Source: an uncultured Clostridia bacterium (GTDB taxonomy: Bacteria; Bacillota; Clostridia; Oscillospirales; CAG-272). From it: a DNA stretch of 57,860 bases. The translations under genes were made by a program, and so were the position numbers. How positions within the stretch are numbered: the stretch's first letter is position 1; each line of letters opens with the position of its first letter. The stretch covers positions 1 to 57,860 of the forward strand of contig CALLYE010000139.1 in the NCBI GenBank assembly GCA_937875545.1, given 5' to 3'. Under the pieces are notes generated by a model. It was not told the DNA's origin. It saw only the letters and a list, made by a program, of their open reading frames with translations, and did no database searches. Positions 44,702-53,492 of the stretch are shown piece by piece.

Positions 44702-45787
44702 TTGGATACCCTTCGCCATATGCTCGATTTTAATACGCTTAACGCTGAACAGTGGGATTCGCTTTGCGATACGGCTGATTTAATACGTAAAAATCCCGGC
44801 GATTATGCCGACGCGCGGCGCGGAATGGTGATGGCGACACTGTTTTACGAGCCGAGCACGCGTACACAGCTCTCGTTCCAGTCGGCGATGCTGCGGCTGG
44901 GAGGTCAGGTGATCGGTTTTTCCGATCCGGGCAACAGCTCGGTCGCTAAAGGAGAGAGTCTGCGCGATACGATAAAGATCGTGAGCAACTATTCCGATGT
45001 GATCGTGATTCGCAATCCGCTGGAGGGCGCGGCATTCGCGGCTTCGCTCTATTCGCCCGCGCCGGTGATAAACGCTGGCGACGGCGGGCATCTGCACCCG
45101 ACGCAAACGATGGCGGATTTGTACACACTGCGCCGCGAGTTGGGGCGCTGCGACGGTCTGAACATCGGCGTCTGCGGTGATCTGCTTAACGGACGCACGG
45201 TACATTCGTTATTATCAGCGCTGTGCAAATATAAGAATAATAAATTTTATCTCATTTCCACTCCGGCGCTGCGTATTCCCGGTTATTGTGTCGACGAGCT
45301 GCGTGCGTCGGGCGCGGAATTTTGCGAGGTCAACACAATCGAGGAGTGCGTGAGCGGGCTGGACATGCTGTATATGACGCGTATCCAGCGCGAGCGGTTT
45401 ATCTCGGCTGAAGAATACAACCGGCAGGCGGGCATATATGTTTTAACCGCGGACAAGCTGAAAACTGCCAAACGCGAGCTTATTATAATGCATCCGCTGC
45501 CAAAGGTAGACGAAATTTCGCCCGAGGTCGACGACGACCCGCGCGCCAAATACTTTGAACAGGCGAAAAACGGCTTGTACATCCGCATGGCGCTGATCCT
45601 GCGGCTGACCGAGGGAGGCGGGTTGGTGAACCGTGCGCCTAAAAACTGTGTATACGCCATTCCGAACGAGCGTTTGTGCCAAAATCCGCGCTGCGTCACC
45701 GCGCATGAAAAATACCTGCCCGCCCTCACCTTAAAACGCGACACGCCGTATTGCGAATATTGCGGGCATAAAATAATGCATAATTAA
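44702..45787 (+). CDS. pyrB: Aspartate carbamoyltransferase catalytic subunit with C-terminal PyrI-like Zn finger
   Basis: FYEPSTRT, KGESL, INAGDG.H.HPTQ, YMTRIQRER, MHPLP; tail CQNPRCVT...CEYC. Confidence 0.93.
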   Translation: MDTLRHMLDFNTLNAEQWDSLCDTADLIRKNPGDYADARRGMVMATLFYEPSTRTQLSFQSAMLRLGGQVIGFSDPGNSSVAKGESLRDTIKIVSNYSDVIVIRNPLEGAAFAASLYSPAPVINAGDGGHLHPTQTMADLYTLRRELGRCDGLNIGVCGDLLNGRTVHSLLSALCKYKNNKFYLISTPALRIPGYCVDELRASGAEFCEVNTIEECVSGLDMLYMTRIQRERFISAEEYNRQAGIYVLTADKLKTAKRELIIMHPLPKVDEISPEVDDDPRAKYFEQAKNGLYIRMALILRLTEGGGLVNRAPKNCVYAIPNERLCQNPRCVTAHEKYLPALTLKRDTPYCEYCGHKIMHN

Positions 45788-45919
45788 AAACGAAGATACT
45801 GTTGCTTTTTAAAAAAGCATGACTGTCCGGAAGCGGAGCGTGTCAGAGACGTTTATAAAACCTTTTTATGGACGATACTCTGTACAGCGCCGCATGCGGA
45901 CAGAATTTACAAAATATCC

Positions 45920-45948
45920 TTGAAATGCGGAACGTCGTATATTATAAT
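45920..45948 (+). promoter_or_regulatory. SigA promoter of yajC
   Basis: TTGAAA-17bp-TATAAT. Confidence 0.65.
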
Positions 45949-45983
45949 ACAGTGATTGATTATAAAATCCGGAGGAAACCCAA

Positions 45984-46352
45984 ATGATATTATTTTTAGC
46001 GGAAGCTACTGGAGCGGCTGATGTCGCACAGACGACGCCCGGAGGTAGCAACGGCTGGATAACCATTATAATGCTGGTTCTCATGCTCGGCGTCTTTTAC
46101 TTTTTCCTATACCGTCCCCAGAAGAAGCAGGAGAAGCAGATAAACGACATGCGCAGCGGCCTTGAGGTCGGCGACGAGATTACCACTGTCGGCGGCATCA
46201 TCGGCAAGGTTATCAGCATTAAAGAAGAAACAGTCATGATCGAAACGGGCGGCGACAAAACTAAACTGCGTATTTTACGTTCCGCGATAAAATCTATTGA
46301 CGTGAAAGCATCCGAAATAGCCGTCGAGGAAAAAGAGAAAAACGGAAAATAA
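45984..46352 (+). CDS. yajC: Preprotein translocase subunit YajC
   Basis: FYFFLYRPQKKQ, GDEITTVGGIIG. Confidence 0.95.
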   Translation: MILFLAEATGAADVAQTTPGGSNGWITIIMLVLMLGVFYFFLYRPQKKQEKQINDMRSGLEVGDEITTVGGIIGKVISIKEETVMIETGGDKTKLRILRSAIKSIDVKASEIAVEEKEKNGK

Positions 46353-46456
46353 TTTTGCCGTTTATCGCGTCTGATAAATTGACCGGACAAACAATTCATA
46401 TTTTTATGCACGCCTTCATATTTATGTAATAATGATTATACGGAGCGTGCGTAGAA

Positions 46457-46876
46457 ATGGATTTTAAACTGTTTAAAAGCGCGGTATTATCTGCCGGAAT
46501 CGCATATCTCGCAGCGGCGGGACTGCTGCTTGTGCTCGGAGTCGCGGCATATAACCTTGAAGACCCGGATAAATATCTGACATTTTTCGCTGTTGCCGCG
46601 CTGGCATTATCAGCCGCGTCGTGCGGGCTTGCCGCCTCGCGTCTATATACTGACAACACCTTTGCCTGCGGGCTTGCCGCCGGATTTATTTTCGCGGTGG
46701 TGCTGCTGATTACGGGCATAATTTTACCCGGAGAAGGGTTTGGTACACCGCTTAATATTGCGTTTTCGCTGTGTACGGCGGGTGTATCCGCGCTGGTCGC
46801 GCATATGTGCCGACCGAGATCGCCGTCGGCGTCGCAGATACGCCGCAAGGCAAAACGCGCGCGCGCCGGGCGTTAA
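46457..46876 (+). CDS. TIGR04086-like four-TM membrane protein
   Basis: Four hydrophobic helices, basic tail, typical position between yajC and scfA. Confidence 0.7.
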   Translation: MDFKLFKSAVLSAGIAYLAAAGLLLVLGVAAYNLEDPDKYLTFFAVAALALSAASCGLAASRLYTDNTFACGLAAGFIFAVVLLITGIILPGEGFGTPLNIAFSLCTAGVSALVAHMCRPRSPSASQIRRKAKRARAGR

Positions 46877-46965
46877 ACGCTGCAGTGCATGGGTTTCATA
46901 CCGGCTCGCAAAACGGGTTCATTTATTCGCATATTGATAAAATAATTATAAAAGGAATTAAAAAG

Positions 46966-47130
46966 ATGAAAAACGTTAAGACACTTAATAAAACTACACT
47001 TGTGAAGCGCGCCGTCGGAGCGGGCTGCGGCGAATGCCAGGCATCCTGCCAGTCGGCATGCAAGACCTCCTGCACAGTCGCCAACCAGAAATGCGCGCGC
47101 GATGCCAAAAAGCAGGATAACGTTAAATAA
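46966..47130 (+). CDS. scfA: Six-cysteine ranthipeptide (SCIFF) precursor
   Basis: MKNVKTLN...GCGECQASCQSACKTSCTVANQKC; RBS AAAGGA. Confidence 0.95.
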   Translation: MKNVKTLNKTTLVKRAVGAGCGECQASCQSACKTSCTVANQKCARDAKKQDNVK

Positions 47131-47131
47131 A

Positions 47132-47184
47132 ATTGTGAGAGCTGTAACTCCCGCAAGACAAGTTTCGCGCTTGCGTGAAGCTTG
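47132..47184 (+). promoter_or_regulatory. Two tandem hairpins between scfA and scfB (mRNA stabiliser or partial terminator)
   Basis: ttgtgagag/ctcccgcaa and caagtttcgcgc/gcgtgaagcttg stems with G-U pairs. Confidence 0.5.
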
Positions 47185-47210
47185 GGTTATGGATTTATTG
47201 GTATATTAAA

Positions 47211-48587
47211 ATGATGTATAATGTTCACACGTTCAAGTGCTGCGGGCAGCGCATCGCGCTTGACGTACCGAGCGGAGCGGTTCATGTGTTGAGCGAGCTT
47301 TCCTACGAGCTGCTCGGGCGGATCGCTCCGCCTTCGGGCAGCGGGCAGGTGACACTCGAACCCGAATGCCCTGTCAGCCTGCGTTATCAGCTTGCTAAAT
47401 ACGACAGCTCCGAGGTCGCGGAGGCGTATGCAGAGCTTTATCAATTATATAAAGAAGGTCTGTTATACTCACCCGACGCCGAATATAAAATGCCGCCGTC
47501 GGGTGTTGTGAAGTCAATGTGTCTGCACGTTTCGCATGACTGCAACATGCGCTGCCGCTATTGTTTCGCAGATGGCGGCGATTACAACCGCAGCCGCAAG
47601 CTGATGGATCTTGAAACAGGTAAAAAGGCGCTGGATTTTCTCTTCGAAAAATCAGGGAAGATACATAACCTCGAGGTTGATATGTTCGGCGGCGAACCGC
47701 TGCTCAACTTCGGTATGATAAGGGAACTTGTCGCTTATGGCAGGCAGCGCGAGCGCGAGTTTGATAAGCGTATTGCCTTTACAATCACCACCAACGGCGC
47801 GCTGCTCGACGACGGGAGCATTGATTTTATCAACGCCGAATTTTCAAACGTGGTGCTGTCCATCGACGGACGCAGGGAAGTAAACGATAAAATGCGCACC
47901 TTCGAGGACGGCAGCGGCACATATGACACGATACTGCCGAAATTCAAACGGCTTGTCGAGCGGCGGGGAGAGGGCGAATATTACGTTCGCGGCACATTTA
48001 CGCGTGCCAACCTCGATTTTACTTCCGATGTACTGGCGCTTGCCGACGCGGGTTTTGACCAAATCTCCGTCGAGCCTGTTGTGCTTGACGAGCGTGATGA
48101 GCTTTCGATCAGACGTGAGGATCTGCCCCGTATTTACGCCGAATACGACAAACTCGCGCGCGAGCTGATAAAACGCAACCGCGCGGGGCGGAGCATTAAC
48201 TTCTTCCACTTCATGATCGATCTTGACGGCGGGCCGTGCGTTTATAAACGCTGCAAGGGCTGCGGCTCGGGCAGCGAATATGTCGCGGTCACACCCGACG
48301 GCGATATCTATCCTTGCCACCAGTTTGTCGAATTTACGCCCATGAAGATGGGCAGCGTATATGACAATACATTCGACCGTGACATGCAAAAGCAATTTGC
48401 CGGACACAACATAACCTCAAACGGAACATGCCGCGACTGCTGGGCAAAATATTTCTGCGGAGGCGGCTGCGCGGCGAATAACCACAAATACAACGGTACG
48501 ATATCAGAACCATATGCCATCACCTGCGAGCTTGAGCGCAAGCGCGTCGAGTGCGCGCTCGCGATTAAAGCCGCATTAGCCGAGTAA
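47211..48587 (+). CDS. scfB: SCIFF radical SAM/SPASM thioether-forming maturase
   Basis: HDCNMRCRYCFA, FGGEPL, YYVRGTFT, GCGSG, YPCHQF, C..CWAKYFCGGGC. Confidence 0.95.
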   Translation: MMYNVHTFKCCGQRIALDVPSGAVHVLSELSYELLGRIAPPSGSGQVTLEPECPVSLRYQLAKYDSSEVAEAYAELYQLYKEGLLYSPDAEYKMPPSGVVKSMCLHVSHDCNMRCRYCFADGGDYNRSRKLMDLETGKKALDFLFEKSGKIHNLEVDMFGGEPLLNFGMIRELVAYGRQREREFDKRIAFTITTNGALLDDGSIDFINAEFSNVVLSIDGRREVNDKMRTFEDGSGTYDTILPKFKRLVERRGEGEYYVRGTFTRANLDFTSDVLALADAGFDQISVEPVVLDERDELSIRREDLPRIYAEYDKLARELIKRNRAGRSINFFHFMIDLDGGPCVYKRCKGCGSGSEYVAVTPDGDIYPCHQFVEFTPMKMGSVYDNTFDRDMQKQFAGHNITSNGTCRDCWAKYFCGGGCAANNHKYNGTISEPYAITCELERKRVECALAIKAALAE

Positions 48588-48602
48588 AAATATATTTATA
48601 AA

Positions 48603-48637
48603 AATCCCGCTTCGCCGCCTGTGACGAAGCGGGGATT
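48603..48637. terminator. Terminator between scfB and the GNAT gene
   Basis: aatcccgcttcg / cgaagcggggatt. Confidence 0.75.
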
Positions 48638-48643
48638 CTATTA

Positions 48644-49165
48644 TTAATAAAAATTCGGCATATCATATGCTCTCAGAGGTTTTTCCATCCATAAAACATC
48701 AAGCCACTTTCCAAATTTGTAACCCACATTGTGATAAACACCTACTTCGTGGAAACTGAGCGATTTGTGCAAGCCGACGCTGCTGTCGTTCGGCAGTGTT
48801 ATTCCCGCATACACCGTAAAAATATCGTTCGCTTTTAAAATGTCAAATAAATTCGTGTAGGGTTTTTTACCTATACCCCGCCTTTGATACTCCGAAGCGA
48901 TATAAATTGAAACGTCGGCACTGTATTGATACGCGGTACGTTCCCGGTGCTTTGAGGCATATGCGTAACCCGCGATCTTGCCGTCCGCTTCGTAAACGAG
49001 ATAAGGATAATTTTCAAGGATACCTTCAATTCTTTTCGTAAATTCCACAAGAGTTGGCACTTCTGTTTCAAATGAAACGCAGGTGTCGGTTATATACGGC
49101 GCGTAGATGTTTAAGATTGCTTCGGCGTTTTCGGGTGTTGCCGCTCGGATTGCTGTGTTCATCAC
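48644..49165 (-). CDS. Phosphinothricin acetyltransferase-like GNAT (Pat/YncA family)
   Basis: IYAPYI...SFETEVP, GYAYAS, PNDSSVGLHKSL, VGYKFGKWLDV. Confidence 0.88.
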   Translation of the reverse strand: MMNTAIRAATPENAEAILNIYAPYITDTCVSFETEVPTLVEFTKRIEGILENYPYLVYEADGKIAGYAYASKHRERTAYQYSADVSIYIASEYQRRGIGKKPYTNLFDILKANDIFTVYAGITLPNDSSVGLHKSLSFHEVGVYHNVGYKFGKWLDVLWMEKPLRAYDMPNFY

Positions 49166-49228
49166 ATTTTCACTCTTTATTTTACGATAAAAATCAAAAT
49201 ACTAAATAAACTGCGTTTCGTGACGAAG

Positions 49229-50110
49229 TCATTCCCGCGACATGCGTATAAATTCGCTGGGCGACATGCCGGTGATGTCGCGGAACACGCGCGAATAATG
49301 TTGGCTTGACGAAAATCCGAACTCGAGCGCGGTTTCGGTAATGGTGCGTCCGGCAATGAGCAGCGAAGGTTTTGACAGTTCGATTTTACGGCGCAATATA
49401 TACTCGCGCGGCGGTATGCCCACCTCGCGTTTGAATTTTTGCTTGAAATATGATTCAGAATAATTAAGCGACGCGGCGAGCTCGGAGGTGGTCTGCTCGC
49501 CCCGTATCCCCTCCTCGATTTCGTCAAGACAACGCTTGATTTCGACGGAGATATCATCATCTGACTTATACGCCGCCATATCGGTAACAATCCCGAATAT
49601 AAATAATACAAGTTTACAACGCGCGCCGATAAATCGCAGCGGACTGCCGCTGGCGAGGTCGTTAAACGCGGCGATAAGCAGCCGACCCGTTTCGTCCGAT
49701 ACCTTGAAAGTGCGCGCGTTCAGAGAGCGGATACATTCTCCGACCAGCTCGGCGTCTTCGGGCGACAGACCGAGCAGTCGGGGACAGCCGGCATCAAGCT
49801 GCAGCCAATACAGGCAGCCCCGTGCCTGGTTCGATTGTCCGGTTGAATGCGGCTCGTGGGGGTGGGTAATAAAAACCTCGCCGCCGTTAATATTATAATC
49901 GCGCCCGCCGACTGAGTATTGCTGGCTGCCCTTTTCGAGATAGCATATCTCGGTTGCGGGACCGTGGTCATGCGGCGAAAGCGACGGCATGGGGCGCAGA
50001 TACCGGTAAGTGCCGATATACAATACGCCAATTTCGGCAAGTTCCGCGCTTTCGATTGTCCGTCTTTTATTTCGTTCCATATGAAATGCCATGCGCTGAC
50101 GCGGCGTCAA
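49229..50110 (-). CDS. AraC family transcriptional regulator (cupin plus HTH)
   Basis: PHDH...EICY, SYFKQKFKREVG, FGFSSSQHYSRVFR. Confidence 0.92.
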   Translation of the reverse strand: MTPRQRMAFHMERNKRRTIESAELAEIGVLYIGTYRYLRPMPSLSPHDHGPATEICYLEKGSQQYSVGGRDYNINGGEVFITHPHEPHSTGQSNQARGCLYWLQLDAGCPRLLGLSPEDAELVGECIRSLNARTFKVSDETGRLLIAAFNDLASGSPLRFIGARCKLVLFIFGIVTDMAAYKSDDDISVEIKRCLDEIEEGIRGEQTTSELAASLNYSESYFKQKFKREVGIPPREYILRRKIELSKPSLLIAGRTITETALEFGFSSSQHYSRVFRDITGMSPSEFIRMSRE

Positions 50111-50309
50111 CAGTCCTCCATCTTGGATTTGCGCTTTAAAATAACATCATATTATTATGAAAGTCTGATAATCACATTCATGATATAATGAGCATAACAA
50201 ATTCAAACATAGAATTCTTGTTTTTGTTATAGTTATTAAATGTACAATTTATTTATATAACTATTATATTACATTACACGACTTTTTTCAACATACGGAG
50301 GAAATAATA

Positions 50310-51275
50310 ATGTCAGACTTTATAAAATCGATAAAGTTAGAATATCCGGAAACTATTCCCGTGTCGGTCAGCATTCTGCCCGCCGCGTGGATGAAATACG
50401 GCGCGGAGCTGCAAAAGCTGACCGATTGCTACCCGCAATTTTTCGGCGGCAGGCAGGTGGATTTATCAAAGGTAACCGATGATCTTAACCCCTTTTATCG
50501 GCTGGGCGGCTGTGCCGACGAATGGGGCTGCGTTTGGAGCAACGTCGATGAAGGCATGAACGCTATCGTGACCGGTCACCCCGTAAAAGACGAGGATGAC
50601 GTGTTCGCATTGCAAATTCCGCCCAACCGCAACGGAATGCTCCCGCATGGTTTTATGTACCTGCGTCTGCTCGACCTGTGCGGGTTCGAGAACGCCATGA
50701 TGATGTTCGCAGAAGATGGCGATGCAATCCAGACGCTGATTAACAAAGTGCTTGAGTACAACATCTACCAATTCGCGGCGATAATCCCGCATCTGGGCGA
50801 ATGGGCGGGGTTCGGCGACGATCTGGGAATGCAGAAGGGGCTTGCCATCGGTCCGGTAAAGTGGCGCAAATACATGAAGCCCTGTTTCCGCGTGCTGTAT
50901 GGTATGCTTAAGGCGGCAAAACCGGGACTGCTTGTCTACATGCATACGGACGGCTGCATATATGAGATTATGCCTGACCTTGTCGAATGCGGAGTGGATA
51001 TGATAAACCCGCAATTCCGCGCCAACGGTATCGACAACCTCGTGCGCGTCTGCCGTAAAGAACAAATAATTCCCATCAACCTCGACCTCGACCGCCAGCT
51101 TTTCCCGTTCGGGACGCGCTCGCAGCTCTTCGACCACGTCGCGGAGTGCGTGGAGTCGCTCTACCTGCCGCAGGGCGGGCTGGGATTGAACATCGAGTTC
51201 AATTATGAGATACCGCTCGATAACATGGCGGCGGTGCTCGACGCCGTGGAGAAGTATCGGTTTTATAAAGGATAA
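50310..51275 (+). CDS. Uroporphyrinogen decarboxylase family protein
   Basis: DEWGCVW, FGDDLGMQKGL, MHTDG, IPLDN; divergent from AraC. Confidence 0.82.
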   Translation: MSDFIKSIKLEYPETIPVSVSILPAAWMKYGAELQKLTDCYPQFFGGRQVDLSKVTDDLNPFYRLGGCADEWGCVWSNVDEGMNAIVTGHPVKDEDDVFALQIPPNRNGMLPHGFMYLRLLDLCGFENAMMMFAEDGDAIQTLINKVLEYNIYQFAAIIPHLGEWAGFGDDLGMQKGLAIGPVKWRKYMKPCFRVLYGMLKAAKPGLLVYMHTDGCIYEIMPDLVECGVDMINPQFRANGIDNLVRVCRKEQIIPINLDLDRQLFPFGTRSQLFDHVAECVESLYLPQGGLGLNIEFNYEIPLDNMAAVLDAVEKYRFYKG

Positions 51276-51286
51276 ATAAAAAAACG

Positions 51287-51310
51287 GGACGGCTGTATAA
51301 ACAACCGTCC
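51287..51310. terminator. Bidirectional terminator
   Basis: ggacggctgt/acaaccgtcc flanked by A- and T-runs. Confidence 0.7.
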
Positions 51311-51318
51311 TAAATTTT

Positions 51319-52421
51319 TTAATGCTTTTTCGCGTGCTTTTTAAGCTCTTCTTCAATTGCGACGAAGTCGGCGCGAGACCTGATGGGGTCGAACGCGGGG
51401 CTTTTCATTTCTTTAAGCTGGTGCAGGGAATCGTTATCTTCTGTATTATAACCGACACCGCCAACTTCCATGCCGCGTAAAAGCAAGCAGGTATATTTTT
51501 TATCCGAATTGCACTCTTCATCATTTATAATGGAGTGTTTTGCAGCGATTTTCAGGTTCTCGACCGCATTTTCGTAATCGAACAAACGCGCGTAAAAAAT
51601 CGCTATATCGATATGCTTCAATGATATGTGTTGACGAAAAAATCCGTAATTGCCGTCCTCGATCATTAAGTCTATAAATGCAATTGCTTTTTTATTGATT
51701 TCGATGAGTTCCTCCGTTGAATACGGTTTGCTGCCGTCGTCGAGCGGAGCATTGTTACGGGTCATGTCAAATAAAAGACTGTCGATATGATTGAATATAT
51801 TACTGCGAATGATATCGAATTTTTTTGTGCCTTTGTAGATTTCAGCCAATAAATTGCTGCTCGATAAATATGATGGTGACATTTTATTGGCTAATTCAAC
51901 GGCTTTTTCTTCTTCTCCAATATCCGGATAAGTATAGCATAATATTTGCATTGCCCCTAATCTTACCGAATCTGCAGTACATTCCGCAAGAATTTTTTCA
52001 CCGAGCCGTATTACTTCGTTTGTCATATCGTCTCTTTTGTCTGCGTTTTCCGGTTCATCACGCAAACTCCAGATGTTTGACATAATTTGTTGCATCAGAG
52101 TATAGCTGTTAGGATATGTTTTTAAACCTTCTTTTAAAATTTCTGCACTTTGTTTGTCATAACCTTTACAGGAATATTCACGAGCTTTCGCAACAATTTC
52201 TTCTATCCGTTTTTCCTTAGCGTCTACATCGACACCGAGCAATACATCCGCTGATGTTTCGAATATATTCGCTAGCATGGGGACAAGCGGGATGTCGGGC
52301 AGCGATTGGTTCGTTTCCCATTTCGACACTGCTTGTGTTGTGATATTCAAATTTCCGCAAGCTGCTCCTGCGTCATGTCACGTTCGCGGCGCAGTTTTTT
52401 AATGGTCTCACCAATGTTCAT
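51319..52421 (-). pseudogene. XRE-family HTH regulator with TPR-like C-terminus, frameshifted within the HTH
   Basis: ATG at 52421 (RBS GAGGTG) gives MNIGETIKKLRRERDMTQEQLAE; LNITTQAVSKWE continues in another frame; span 1103 bp = 3n+2. Confidence 0.85.
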
Positions 52422-52551
52422 GGGACACCTCTGTAAAAATATTCAAAAGCACTTTTGTAAGTATATTATATCATGGATATTATGGAAAAACAATGTAGCG
52501 TTATTTGACGTGACAACAACCATGGGTTGAAAAAATCGAATCAGAGATAAA

Positions 52552-52595
52552 TAATATTAAAATTCGATAACTAATATTAAAATTCGATAACTAAT
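52552..52595. repeat. 20-bp tandem duplication
   Basis: taatattaaaattcgataac x2 plus taat. Confidence 0.9.
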
Positions 52596-52753
52596 GAAAA
52601 AAATCCGCGTCAAAACCTATATATTCAAGCTTTTGGCGCGGATTTTTACAGAGTTTATAATCGAATTTAAGTATAAGTTTTAACATTTATCAAGTTGATT
52701 ATTGTAATAGGCTGTTATATACTGTAAAAAAACCACAAGCGGAGTGAAAAAAC

Positions 52754-53029
52754 ATGGAACTTATTCTTTTTATATTAAAAAACTGCCCCTATTGCATCGA
52801 AGCGCTTAAATGGTCGGACGAGCTGGTGCGCGAAAATCCCGAATACGGCAAAATAAATATCAGAATCATTGACGAGCAGAAAGAAAAAGAGCTTGCCAAC
52901 CGATATGACTATTATTATGTGCCGACGTTTTATTACGGCGCTCAAAAACTCCACGAAGGCGCGGCGACAAAAGAGAAAATTAAAAATGTATTTGACGAGT
53001 GTCTGAAAAGGGCACATCAGCCGGTGTAA
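52754..53029 (+). CDS. Glutaredoxin/thioredoxin-like protein
   Basis: CPYC active site; YYVPTF cis-Pro motif. Confidence 0.85.
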   Translation: MELILFILKNCPYCIEALKWSDELVRENPEYGKINIRIIDEQKEKELANRYDYYYVPTFYYGAQKLHEGAATKEKIKNVFDECLKRAHQPV

Positions 53030-53067
53030 TTATTAATCAATAATTCTGTAAATCTATAAAACTTTAC

Positions 53068-53096
53068 TTGACAACGCGTAGCGGCTGTGATATAAT
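53068..53096 (+). promoter_or_regulatory. Consensus SigA promoter of ylxM-ffh
   Basis: TTGACA-17bp-TATAAT with TG extension. Confidence 0.8.
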
Positions 53097-53135
53097 AATT
53101 GTAATGTATAACGCTTTACAGGAGGGCGCGATAGA

Positions 53136-53474
53136 ATGACGGATAAAAACAAAATGGTCATGCTGCTCGATTTTTACGGCGATGTACTGACCGAAAAGCA
53201 GCGCGAAGCGATGGATATGTACTACAACGACGACTATTCGCTTGCCGAGATTGCGGAAAATACCGCAATATCGCGCCAGGGTGTCCGTGACCGGCTCCAG
53301 AAAAGCGAACGTATCATCATGGAGCTTGAGGACAAGCTGCACCTGTTCGAGCGGTTCGGCGAAATGAAGGACGACATGGCGAAATTGATCGCACGGCTTG
53401 AGCGGCTGCGTAAGCTGTCGCCCGCCGAGGTCGGAGCGGTGATAGACATCGCAAAAGAGTTGCTCGAAAAATAA
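53136..53474 (+). CDS. ylxM: YlxM family SRP-associated protein
   Basis: LLDFYG.VLTEKQ, DDYSLAEIAE, ISRQGV.D. Confidence 0.93.
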   Translation: MTDKNKMVMLLDFYGDVLTEKQREAMDMYYNDDYSLAEIAENTAISRQGVRDRLQKSERIIMELEDKLHLFERFGEMKDDMAKLIARLERLRKLSPAEVGAVIDIAKELLEK

Positions 53475-53492
53475 CCCCGGACTGGTGAGAAG

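Noticed and set aside
52552-52595. Possible CRISPR repeat
   Set aside because: Only two abutting 20-bp copies, no spacers and no cas genes.
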